Part shown: one piece after another, positions 1 to 12,700 of the stretch
How the letters are laid out: every line of letters starts with the position of its first letter
Numbering within the stretch: the first letter of the stretch is position 1
Assembly (NCBI RefSeq): GCF_009914755.1
Contig: NC_060935.1
Origin: the human T2T-CHM13v2.0 reference genome, Homo sapiens
Reading direction: 5' to 3' (one strand)
Length of the DNA stretch: 64,000 bases
The notes under the pieces: generated by a model
The model's database searches: none
The model's input: the letters and a program-made list of their open reading frames with translations, nothing else
Told to the model about the DNA's origin: nothing
Position numbers and translations under genes: made by a program

Positions 1-800
1 CACACATTGTCGATGGAAAAAAGGTACAGAAAATTATGTACCCACATATTAGAGTTTATCTCTGGATAGTGAGATTATTGCTTCTTTTTTATATATTTTC
101 CTGCTTTTCTATATTCATTTCATTTTTATGGAAATGTTATTGATATCAAAAGAAGAAAACAAAGTTAAAGTCAAATGTGTACTGAATAGGTCTTGGATGA
201 GGATTTCCAGTGGCTCCTGTTCCAGGTTTCAGCATTCAGTGTGTAGAGACAATGAAGTTTCCTGTCTGGCCACCAAGTGCTGGGTGTTTTAGGTTTCAGT
301 ATTTTTCTAGCCAACCTTTCTCATTCTGATCACACTAATCTTATCAGCGCTGAGAGGTGTGCCCTCCTAAGGGAACCAACGCACTATTTCATGGGTGGCA
401 TGATCAGGCTGATACTCCAAAACCAGTTAGACAAGGTACTCACGCTGTCCTGGAGTGTCTCTGCCATAGTAGCCCTGGCTTAGTTCATGAAGACAAGCTC
501 CATGTGCCTGAAAGGGAATTGACTGTCTCTTCCCAATTTGGATTGAAATTCCCACCAGGGTCACCAATATCCAAACCTTGATATCATCTTCACTTCTTTT
601 CTGCTTGTGCCCTACTTTTCCATTTCAACACCAACTTGCAAATTCTTCTCTCCGGTGTCTCTTTCATTCATGCTGTCATTTCAGTCCCTCTTAATATCTC
701 ATCAAGTAGTTGTTCCCTAAGGACATCTTCCTGATTCAGTTTCCCCTGCTTTTTCCTATCTTACCACTCTCAGATCAATCTTCAAAAATAAATTACTACA

Positions 801-936
801 AGCTGGGCATGTTGGCATCTGCCTGTAGTCCCAACTACTGGGAGGCTGAAGTGGGAGGTTCACTTTAGCCCAGGAGTTCAAGTCCAGACTGGGCAACATA
901 GCAAGACCCTGCCTCTAAAAAGTAAAATAAAATAAA
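801..936 (+). mobile_element. Free Alu monomer (FLAM/FRAM-type, old)
   Basis: gctgggcatgttggcatctgcctgtagtcccaactactgggaggctgaagtgggagg...gcaagaccctgcctct followed by an A-rich tail; degenerate TSD (aaattactac / aagttactac). Confidence 0.85.
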
Positions 937-974
937 GTTACTACTGCAATAGGACACTCACTCCTCTTATCCCA

Positions 975-1072
975 ACCTCTGAACTTATGTGTGAGAGGAA
1001 TACATTGTTTGGTTTAACCTTTGGATGAGTTGGGTTTTCTGTTTATGCAGCCAAACCAAACCTTAAATGATA
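975..1072 (+). mobile_element. MLT1-family MaLR LTR 3' fragment
   Basis: cctctgaactt...gtgagaggaatacattgtttggtttaacc...ttgggttttctgtttatgcagccaaacc...aaatgata resembles the MLT1 3' end. Confidence 0.5.
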
Positions 1073-1744
1073 AATCTCCTTGAGTCTGAAAGAAGTCATG
1101 TCTCTGCTTAGCATGCATATATAATAGCAGTTTATATGTATGCCATTTCACCATTCTACCTCTCCCCAACATTCTTTTTGTAGATTTTGTTGCCCTCCTC
1201 TTTGACTCTGCCCATGAAATCAGAAGCATATACCCTACCAGCACAAGGTGCAGCCTGCTCCATGATACTGGCATGCTCAAGAAATGGTCCATACTTGTTT
1301 ATGCCAGGCTGTATTTAATGTCTTGACTACTACAGGCACTCAGTAAGTCTTTTAATGACAATGAAAAATATGAATCATGCAAGACCATGTCTTATGTTAT
1401 TGGCAACAATTTTGAGCCTGAAATGCAGTAAGCTACCTGGCATTTTGTTTTATTTATTTTATTTTATTTTTTTATAAGAGGCTTGAACTTTGCTACTGGC
1501 ATCCATAAAAAGCAATGGGAAGATGAGTGCACAAAGACTGCTAGTGTGGAAGTTATTGGGCTGCATTCCCTTACTGACTCTGCCACTAATTTCAGAGTCA
1601 GCCTGATCCCTTTACTTCATACACCCTTTTAACCTCCTTTGAGTATCTTCTCTAAATTGATAGCACCTTCTCAAAAACAACCAGGTCATATGCATGAAGG
1701 GTCTTAAAGATAGGCATAATTATCCAACAACTAGTAAGTACCCT

Positions 1745-2160
1745 TTAAACAGTTGTTCCTCTTCTAAAAATCTGTCCCAAATAAATAATCAGGCAGTCTT
1801 TCCAAGATTTATGCACAAGATATTTAATGCAGCATTATTTTTAGTAGCAACCTAAATATTTTTCAATAGAAACTGGCTAAATAGACAATGTCATATCCAT
1901 AAAATTTAATATTTTATAGCCATTAAACATCATGTTTATGAAGAATATTAATGGAATGAATATTCATGCTATTGTATTATTTGGAAAAAAGCTAAATATA
2001 AAATTACATATATATGTCATACATATATCAATTATCCAGATTTTATAAATATATGTACATGATTATACATATAACTAGAACAAACATTTTTCTTCTTTAT
2101 ACTTTTCTAAATTATCTAGGATATATATGGATTGGTTTTAAAATCAATGAAATTAATATG
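1745..2160 (+). mobile_element. Ancient L1M (L1ME/MC-like) ORF2-end/3'UTR fragment
   Basis: atgcacaagatatttaatgcagcattatttttagtagcaa...caacctaaat...tatccataaaat...ttttatagccattaaa matches the degenerate L1 3' motif series. Confidence 0.6.
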
Positions 2161-2222
2161 TAATTATCTTGAAAATCTTTAAGGATTTACTATTTATTTT
2201 TTATTTATTCTTGAAATTTTGA

Positions 2223-2693
<471 letters not shown>

Positions 2694-3011
2694 AATCTCT
2701 CAAAATTTTAAAGTCTAACGCGAGGACACCATTAAGACTTTTTAAACAATGTTTCATTCTTTTTGTCTCTGTATTCTACTTTCTGGAAGACTTGCTCAAC
2801 TTGGTTTACAAAGTCTTTCATTGAAAACTTTTAATTAGCAACTTGATTTTGAAGAGATACTTAGATCTATTTATCTACTTTTTAAAAAGTGCTAGGTTCC
2901 CAAAACATAAATATACAGCTTAATCAATTAAACTTTCTTTATCAATTTTTGATAATAATGTCACAGCAGCTTCCTAGAAAAACTATTGGAAAATGTATAC
3001 CCCCAGGGCCC

Positions 3012-4236
3012 TGATGTGATTTAGCTGTGTCCCCACACAAATCTCATCTTAAATTCCCACATGTTGTTGTAGGGAGCTAGTCAGAGGTAATTGAATAATG
3101 GGGGTAGATCTTTCTTGTACTATTCTTGTGATAGTGAATTAGTCTCACAAGATCTGATGGTATTAAAAGGAGAGTTTCCTTATACAAGCTCTCTTGTCTT
3201 GTCTGCTGCCATGTGAGATGTGCCTTTCACCTTCCAACATGATTGTGAGGCCTCCCCAGCCATATGCAACTGTGAGTCCAATAAACCTCTTTCTTTTGTA
3301 AATGGCCCAGTTTCAGGTATGTCTTTATCAGCAGTGTGAAAACAGACTAACACACTAAATTGGTATGAGTAGAGTGGGGTGCTGCTGAAAAGATACCTGA
3401 AAATGTGGAAGTGACTTTGGAACTGAGCAAGGGGCAAAGGTTGGAACAGTTTGGAGGGCTCAGAAGAAGACAGGAAAATTTGGGAAACTTTAGAGCTTCC
3501 TAGAGATGGTTGAATGGCTTTTACCAAAAGCCTGATATCAATATGGACAATAAGGTTCAAGCTCAGGTGGTCTCAGATGGAGATGAGGAACTTGTTAGGA
3601 ACTCGAGCAAAGGTGACTCTTGTTATGTTTTAGCAAAGAGACTGGCAGCATCTTGCCCCTTCCCTAGAGATTTTTGGAACTTTGAACTTGAGAGAGATGA
3701 TTTAGGGTATCTGGCAAAAGAAATTTCTAAGCAGCAAAGCATTGAAGAGGTGACTTAGATGCTGTTAAAGGCATTAGGTTTTATAAGAGAAGCAGAGCAT
3801 AAAAGTTTGGAAAATTTGCAGCCTAACAATGCGATAGAAAAGAAAAACCCATTTTCTGAGGAGAAATGCACAAAATATTTAATGCAGCATTATTTTTAGT
3901 AGCAACCTAAATATTTATCAATAGAAACTGGTTATCAATAGAAGCCGGCTGCATAAATTTGCATAAGTAATGAGGAGATGAGTATTAATCCCCAAGACAG
4001 TGGGGAAAATGTCTCCAGGGCATTTCAGAGGTCTTCATGGCAGCCCCCTCTATCCCTCTATCACAGGCCCAGAGGCCTTCTCTTGTCTGCCACCATGGGT
4101 GACGTGCCTTTCACTTTCCATCATGATTGTGAGGCCTCCCCAGCCATGTGGAACTGTGAGTTCAATAAACCTCTTTCTTTTATAAATTGCCCATTGTCAG
4201 ATTTGTCTGTATCAGCAGTGTAAAAACACTAATACA
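3012..4236 (+). mobile_element. THE1 (THE1B-like) MaLR provirus, internally deleted
   Basis: 5' LTR 3012-3354 (tgatgtgatttagctgtgtccccac...ctaacaca); internal sequence 3355-~4077; partial 3' LTR ~4078-4236 ending ctaataca; 5-bp TSD ggccc at 3007-3011 and 4237-4241. Confidence 0.9.
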
Positions 4237-5055
4237 GGCCCCCCACCTTCACCCACCATATAAGAAGTATTTAAATAGCACTGAAATTTTATGTTGCCTG
4301 TAGATTTGCAAGCTCTGACATATCTTAACCTCAACAATAACCTAGGTGTTTAGTGAAATAAATAATAGATGACCTATGGGAAGCAGGAATTCTTAAATTG
4401 TATTAATTTTGGAAGATCCTTTCAGTGAGCTGAGCTCAACTAGGGGCAACCTTGGAGGAAGGGAAAACTGGCTGTTTCTACCATTTTCCCCCAAGTCACC
4501 TAATGACTACCCTATATTTAGAACTTTAAGAAGAACTCAAAACAAAGATAGAAAATGCAGGCAAAGAGAAAAGATGAGAGATTTAGTTGTTGCTGTTGTT
4601 TGATTTTTTTTTCTTGTGAAAGAAAAATAAACTCTTAGTTCTGATCTATTAGACTCACGTCTACCAGTTAAAGGTGTTTGGCGATATTTTTATATTGATC
4701 AGAGTTTGTTTCCCAGATCTTTGCAAAACCATACAGATGATTGGTGCCTCCTCATTCCACCAGTTCACCTTGGAAAAGAGATACTTATAAAGACTGCTGG
4801 AATCAATCATCTTTCCCAAGCAAGGTATATTGTTGCACAAATTGGTCTATGTTAGAGGGAACAGAGACATAAGAAAAACCTGAGGACCCCTAGACATGGC
4901 TATTGGGCTGCTTGAGGTTGATAATCCCATGATAAATCCAAAAAGAGGCACCAATTCTTCCAACTTGCTTGGTACTATTAGTCTCAGGAATATCAGGGTT
5001 GTAGGCGTCGCAAACTCCAAGACCCATGGAACAAGTGTTTGCTGCTGATTTCACC

Positions 5056-5347
5056 TTTTATTTTTTTGAAAGTGTTTCAATCTGTCAGCCAGGCTGAAAT
5101 GCAGTGGTATAATCATAGCTCACTGTAGCCCTGAACTCCTGGATACAAGTGGTCCTCCCACCTCAGCCTCCTGAATATGTGGGACTATAGCTGTGTGCCA
5201 ACTTGCCCAGCAATTTTTTTTTTCTTTTTTGTAGAGACAGGGTCTTTCTGTATTGCCCAGGCTGGTCTTGAACTCCTGGCCTCAACTGATCTTTCTGCCT
5301 TGGCTTCCCAAATAGCTGGGATTATAAGCATGAGTCTCCATGCCCAA
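5056..5347 (-). mobile_element. AluJ
   Basis: Dimeric, diverged antisense Alu (atcatagctcactgtagcc, gtagagacagggtc); degenerate TSD tgatttcacctttta / tgctttctccattta. Confidence 0.85.
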
Positions 5348-6198
5348 ATGCTTTCTCCATTTAAGGCAAGGATACTTTGGCCAAAACTTTACTATTTACT
5401 GATTAAAGTTGAGTTCCTCCAAGGTAATCTAATCTGGGCATATGGTCTTCTTAAACACATTTTCAATATTCTTGGCAGTTCTGGAATAATGCCTGTGAGT
5501 CTCCAAGGCACATATTTGCCTTGCTGACATTAGAACCCTTGGGAATGCAATAGTTCAATTAGCGGGGTCACTCCTCAGTCACTCTGCAGTGTCTCAGTTT
5601 ACTATACATTATGTATTGTTTCTAAAGGTAGTACAGTTTATTTATTCTCTTCCACTTAGAAAAATTGTACAATGCTAGGAACTTTTCTTGATCCATTTTG
5701 AAAGCAGTTCCTTTGGAGAATAACTGTCAAACAAGCATGCTCCTGAAACTTCCTTATCTCCACCCCCATTGGGGCCGTGGCCTCTTAGATTTATGGCCCA
5801 GACTCCCAGTTCTTGGTATGCAGATCTGGCATTCTTTGCTGTTGCTACAGACTCCTGAGGCTCAGCCTGAGAGATTAGACAGCCCCTTGCCCCCCGGAGA
5901 AATGGGCCAAATAAATAATAATTGAAGATGAAAGAGATTTTCACAGTTTCAACTAAGGCTAAGCAGATTACATTTATTCTACCCCTAATCACGGTGGTAG
6001 CTTTATTGCCACTTGGGTTCACAGTGAGGTCACAAGTCACTGGAAGTAAATATCGGCTTGGAAGAGTAAGAGTTATGTATCAACATGCATTGTCTGCTGT
6101 TTGTTAATTAGCTAGTGCTGCCTGGCATTTATTATACAGAAAAGTTAGCAGAACTAGAAAAAAAGAAGATTTGGAACACTGGGCTGACAAGCATGACT

Positions 6199-6790
6199 GA
6201 AAAGGCTATAATTATGGGTCTCAGCAAGGAAAATGATGGTCATATATGCAGAAAGTAGGAAACACTTGTAGCAGATCCCTGGGACACTGTATGCTGGGAG
6301 GCGAACTCTTAACTTTGCATTCATGGCTTTTCAAATCTTACTGAAAAATACAAATTATTGGGTCTAGTACAAGTTCTACAACTTATTTGAAGCGTGATCT
6401 TGAGCAGTCATTGATTCTCTCTGAGCTGCAGGCTCTTTAGCAGTAAAATTTGATGAATATTATCCACCCTCCGTAGTGGTGAAAATTACATCAGAAAAGG
6501 CTATAATTATGGGTCTCAGCAAGGAAAATGATGGTCATATATGCAGAAAGTAGGAAACACTTGTAGCAGATCCCTGGGACACTGTATGCTGGGAGGCGAA
6601 CTCTTAACTTTGCATTCATGGCTTTTCAAATCTTACTGAAAAATACAAATTATTGGGTCTAGTACAAGTTCTACAACTTATTTGAAGCGTGATCTTGAGC
6701 AGTCATTGATTCTCTCTGAGCTGCAGGCTCTTTAGCAGTAAAATTTGATGAATATTATCCACCCTCCGTAGTGGTGAAAATTACATCAGA
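6199..6790. repeat. Perfect 295-bp tandem duplication (2 copies)
   Basis: 6199-6493 equals 6494-6788 with no mismatch seen on manual comparison; 2-bp GA junction microhomology. Confidence 0.95.
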
Positions 6791-7349
6791 TAAGTAACTG
6801 AGCAATTGTTAGGACATTGAAGACATCACTATAGAAAAGTTAAGTCACAATTTGTCACTATGCCTCTTTTCCCATGCTATAAGATTTTAAAAACTCTTCA
6901 GTAAGAGTAGACACTAATATTCTAAGACTAAACATAAGATTTACACTGTAAGACTAAAAGAACTCTATTACCCATGCTATAAAAATAAAGATTAAAATAA
7001 TTCAATCTTCTCTGTGAAAGTATCAGTGAACATTGTCAACTAGAAGTGATTCCCCAGCCTCTCTGAAACTCTGTAGCACATGCTGTCTTGCATCAAGCAG
7101 ACCTGAGTTTGAACTGTGGCTGTACTACTCACTACTGGTATGATCTTTGGGGAAGTTACTTAATGTGCCTCAGAGTTTTTTTGTGTACGTACCTAATATG
7201 TAATTCAAATCTATTCTTTTTTATTATCAAATAGTACCATTATTGCATTTATTTATGAAGAAACAGGCTGAGAGGCTAGGTTTCTTTTCTAAAGACATAT
7301 AACATGTAAATACTTAAGTTGAAATTTGTATTTTATGATGCATGTACTA

Positions 7350-7578
7350 TTTTTAATTCACAAATATTATATTATTATGTACAACACATTGTTTTGAAAT
7401 ATGTCTACACTGTGGAATGGCTAAATTGAGCTAATTAATATACACATTACTTCACATGCTTATCATTTTCTATGGTAAGAACACTTAAAAACCTACTCTT
7501 TTAGCAATTATCAAGAATATAATACATTGTTATTCACCGTAGTTACCATATTGTACAATAGATCTCTTGAACTTATTT
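7350..7578 (-). mobile_element. L1MA-type 3' end fragment
   Basis: gtacaacacattgttttgaaatatg...tggctaaattgagctaattaa...acttaaaaacctactcttttagcaatt...gtacaatagatctcttgaacttattt. Confidence 0.8.
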
Positions 7579-7699
7579 AAATTGGAATTTAAACCCAGAA
7601 CCATCTAGATCTGAGGTCATCATCCTTTCCATTAAGCAATGGTGCATAATCAAAAGTGCAAAGCACATAGTAGACATTTGGTAAGTGCAGGCATAATAA

Positions 7700-7915
7700 G
7701 CCTGTTGGCCCTGAAGTCAAAGTGCCTGGATTCATTCTTGCTTTGCCATTTGTTAGTTGTGTGACCATGAGCATGATTCTTAACCTCTCTGTGCCTCAGC
7801 TTCTGCCCCTATAAAATGGACATAAAAGTGGTACTACCTTATAGGGTTGTTCTGAGTACTGAGTTATTGTATATAGTCTACTAGAGTAAGTGCTTAAGAA
7901 ATATGAACTATTATT
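7700..7915 (+). mobile_element. MIR
   Basis: MIR core: tgtgtgaccatgagcatgattcttaacctctctgtgcctcagcttctgcccctataaaatgg...tacctt atagggttgtt. Confidence 0.75.
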
Positions 7916-8854
7916 GCTGAACAGCAACAATTTTCTGAACTTCTCTTCACCAGTCTGTAAGTATGTTACTGTCCACTTTATGAAGAAGCAAGATATAGCT
8001 GCAAAAAAGAAAATGATTTATTTTTAGAGTTATTAGTAAATCATAAGTGCTTTTGCCAATGCATACATAAAATTCTGAGTTTTCATTTACCACTCCGACA
8101 AAAGAGGGGATATTTTTTATCTTTTTTAGCATACATTCATGCAGATGCATTTTCAAGAAGTTTGGCAAATATAAAAAGTAGAAAAAATAGATCTCATAGT
8201 TTCGTCATCCAGCACAATCATAGCCAATTTTTTTGCATTTTATTCTGTTATTTATTTCTCTTGTAATGTATATGTAGATATGTAAGTACAGTTAAGACAA
8301 TATTACATATGTAGGTATATTTCTTAGTTTTACTTGTTTATATAACGAAGATTTCTTTGGCTTCAAACATTATGAAATGCAGTTCATTCAGTCATGGTCC
8401 ATTGTCCCTTTAAAGTATGTTTAAGATAAAGCTCAGCAAATTATCGTTTTTGATCCCAAATAGAGCTTTTTAAATATAACAGCACTAGAATCTTAATGGG
8501 AGTTTGTTCTTATTTTTAACACATTACATATGAAGTGATATATCACAGGAAACAGCATTTTAAGAAAATATCATTTCCTTTCTCAAACGATAATAAAAAC
8601 ATCCACTTTTTTTCCAAAATGAAATAGAAAGTAATAAAAATAATCTTCTTAAGCTATATACATTATGTTTTATGTATCTTGAGACTTTCTCCAAAGTGCA
8701 AATTTTAGAAAAAAATCATTGTGGTCTTTGAACATAATTTTTAGCATAAGCAAATTATCCACATCTAATTATACTTAGCACTTTTCATCTGGAGTGTGTC
8801 AAAGCAATTCACACAACTTAATAAAAACTTAGGTTTTTTAAATTAAAGATTTAA

Positions 8855-9527
<673 letters not shown>

Positions 9528-9547
9528 AAATTCTTTATAAGATACTA

Positions 9548-9628
9548 TTAGGTTGGTGCAACAGTAGTTGTGGTTTTTGCCATTGAAAGTAATGGCAAAA
9601 AACTGCAATTACTGTTGCACCAACTTAA
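9548..9628. mobile_element. MADE1 (Hsmar1-derived mariner MITE)
   Basis: ~80-bp hairpin ttaggttggtgca...tgcaccaacttaa flanked by TA dinucleotides. Confidence 0.92.
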
Positions 9629-9693
9629 TACATATGATAATGTATAATTATAGACTCAATTTTTATTTTAATTCTCTGTGTGTTCCATTGACA

Positions 9694-9694
9694 T

Positions 9695-9741
<47 letters not shown>

Positions 9742-9742
9742 T
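9694..9742. repeat. (ATTT)n microsatellite derived from an L1 poly(A) tail
   Basis: ~12 ATTT units directly abutting the L1 3' end. Confidence 0.9.
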
Positions 9743-12700
9743 ATTTCTAACTTAATTCTAGGTTTAGGAGTACACTTGTAGGTTTGTAATGTAGGTAAAT
9801 TGCGTGTCATGAAGGTTTGATGTGCAGATTATTTTGTCACCCAGATAATAAGCATAGTACCTGATAGGTAGTTTTCTGATCTTCATCCTCCCCCCAACCC
9901 TCCACCCTCAGGTAAGCCTCAGTGTCTATTGTTCCCTTATTTGTGTCCCTGTGTACTCAATGTTTATTACCCCACTTAAAAGTGAGAACACATGCTATTT
10001 GGTTTTCTGTTCCTGCATTAAATCACTGAGGATCATGGCCTCTAGCTACATTCCTGTTGCTGTAAAAGACATGATTTTATTCTTTTCTATAGCTGCATAG
10101 TATTCCATGGTGTATATGTACCACATCTTCTTTATCCACTCTTCTGTTAGTGAGCATTTAGATTTATTCTGTGTCTTTGTTTTTGTCAATAGTGCTGTTA
10201 GGAGCATACACCTGCATGTGTGTTTATGGTAGGACAATTTATACTCCTTTGTGTATGTACCAAATAATGGGATTGCTGGGTCAAATGAGAGTTCTATTTT
10301 AAGTTCTTCAAGAAATTGCCAAACTGTTTTCCACAATGGCTAAACTAATTTACATTCCCACCAGCAGTGTATGTGTGTCCTTTTCTCCACAGCCTCAAAA
10401 GCATCTGTTATTTTTTGACTTTTGATTAATAGCTATTCTGACAGGTGTGACTTTGTAGCTCACTGTGGTTTTGATTTTCCTTTCTCTAATGATTAGTGAT
10501 GTGGAACATCTTCTCATATGCTTGTTGGCCATGTGTATGTTGTCTTTTGAAATGTGTCTGTTCATGTCCTTTACCAATGTTTTAATGAGATTGTTTGTGT
10601 TTTGCTTGTTAATTTGTTTTTGTTCCTTATAGATTCTGGTTATTAGACCTTTGTGGGTTGCATAATTTGACAATTTTTCTTTCCATTCTGTAGGTTGTCT
10701 GTTTACTCTGTTGATAATTTCTTTTGCTGTGCAGAAGCTCTTTAGTTTAATTAGGTCCCATTTGTCAATTTTTGTTTTTGTTACAATTGCTTTTGGCATC
10801 TTCAGCATGAAATCTTTGCCAAGACCTATGTCCAGAATACTATTTTCTAGGTTATCTTTCAGGGTTTTTACATGCTTAGGTTTTATATTTATATCTTTAA
10901 TCCATCTTGAGTTGATTTTTTTATATATTGTAAGGAAGAGGTCCAGTTTTAATCTTCTGCATATGGCTAGCCAGTTATTCCAGCATCATTTATCGAATAG
11001 AGATTCATTTCCCCCATTGCTCATTTTGGTCAACTTTGTAGACGATTAGATGATGTAGGTATGTGGCTTTATTTCTGGGCTCTCTATTCTGTCAGATCTA
11101 TGTGTCTGTGTTTGTGCCAGTGTCATGCTTTTTTGGTTACTGAAGCCTTGTAGTATAGTTTGAAGTCAGCTAATGTGATGCCTCCAGCTTTGTTCTTTTT
11201 GCTTAGGATGACTTTAGCTATTCAGACTCTTTTTAGGCTTTGTACAAATTTTAAAATAGTTTTTTTCTAATTCTGTGAAGAATGTCAATAGTTAGTTTGA
11301 TAAGAATAGCATTAAATCTGTACATTGCTTTGGGTAGTATGGTCATTTTAACCATATTGATTCTTCCTATCCATGAGCATGGAATGTTCTTCTATTTGTT
11401 TGTGTCATCTCTGATTTCTTTCGGCAGTGTTTTGTAATTCTTGCAGAGATCGTTGGCCTCCCTGGTTAGCTGTATTCCTAGGTATCTTATTCTTTTGTGG
11501 CTATTGAGAATGGAATTGTGTTCTTGACTTGGTTCTCACCTTAGACATTGTTGGCATATAGAAATGAAATTGATTTTGTATCCTGAAATTTTGCTGAAGT
11601 TGTTTATCAGATCTAGGAGCTTTTGGGCAGATACTATGGGGTTTTCTATATGAGGAATCATATCATCTGCAAACAGAGATGGTTTGACTTCCTCTCTTCC
11701 TACTTGGAAGCCTTTTATTTCTGTCTCTTATCTGATCAAGCTGGCTATTCAACTTCCCATATCATATTGAATAGCAGTAGTGAGAGTGGATTCTTTCTCA
11801 AGGAGAATGTTTCCAGCTTTTTTCCATTCAGTATGATATTGGCTGTGGATTTGTCATAGATGTACCTTCAATGCCTAGATATTGAGGGTTTTTAACATGA
11901 AAGGATGTTGAGTTTTATTGAAAGCCTTTTCTGCATCTATTGAGATAATCATGTGGATTGATTTTTAGTTCTGTTTCTGTAATGAATCACATTTATTTGT
12001 TTACAGATGTTTATCAAATTTGCAAACCAGGGGTAGACCCTTCTTGATAATGATGGATTACCTTTTTGATGTGCTGCTGGATTTGGTTTGCTACTATTTT
12101 GTTGTGGATTTTTGCATCTGTGTTCATCAAGGATATCAGCCTGAAGCCTGCAGCCTGCAGCCTGCGGTTTTCTTTCTGCAGTGTCTCAGTCAGGTTTTGG
12201 TATCAGAATGATGCTGGCCTCAGAATGAGGTGGGGAGAAGTCCCTGATCCTCAATTTTTTTTTAGAATAGTTTCAGCAGAATGATACAAGCTCTTATTTA
12301 TATATCTGGAAGAATTGTCTGTGGTTTCAACTGGTCCTTGGCTTTTTCTGGTTGGTAGACTTTTTATTACTGATTCAATTTTGGAACTGTTATTGATCTA
12401 TTCAGGGATTCAGTTTCTTCTGGTTCAATTTAGGAGTTTGTATGTATTCAGGAATTTATCAATTTCTTCTAAGTTTTCTAGTTTGTGTGTGTTGAAGTGT
12501 TCCTGGCAGTCTCTGGGTGTTTTGTTTTGTATTTCTGGGGGGTCAGTGCTAATGCCTCCTTTATCATATCTAATTGTGTTTATTTCAATCTTCTCTCTTT
12601 TTTATTTGTCTAACTGATGATCTATCAATCTTATTTATTCTTTTAAAGAATAAACTCCTGGATTCAGAGATCTTGTGTGGTTTTTCACATCTCCATGTCA

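Noticed and set aside
12137-12165. 7-bp tandem (c/a)agcctg x4 in the old L1
   Set aside because: Ordinary slippage micro-expansion.
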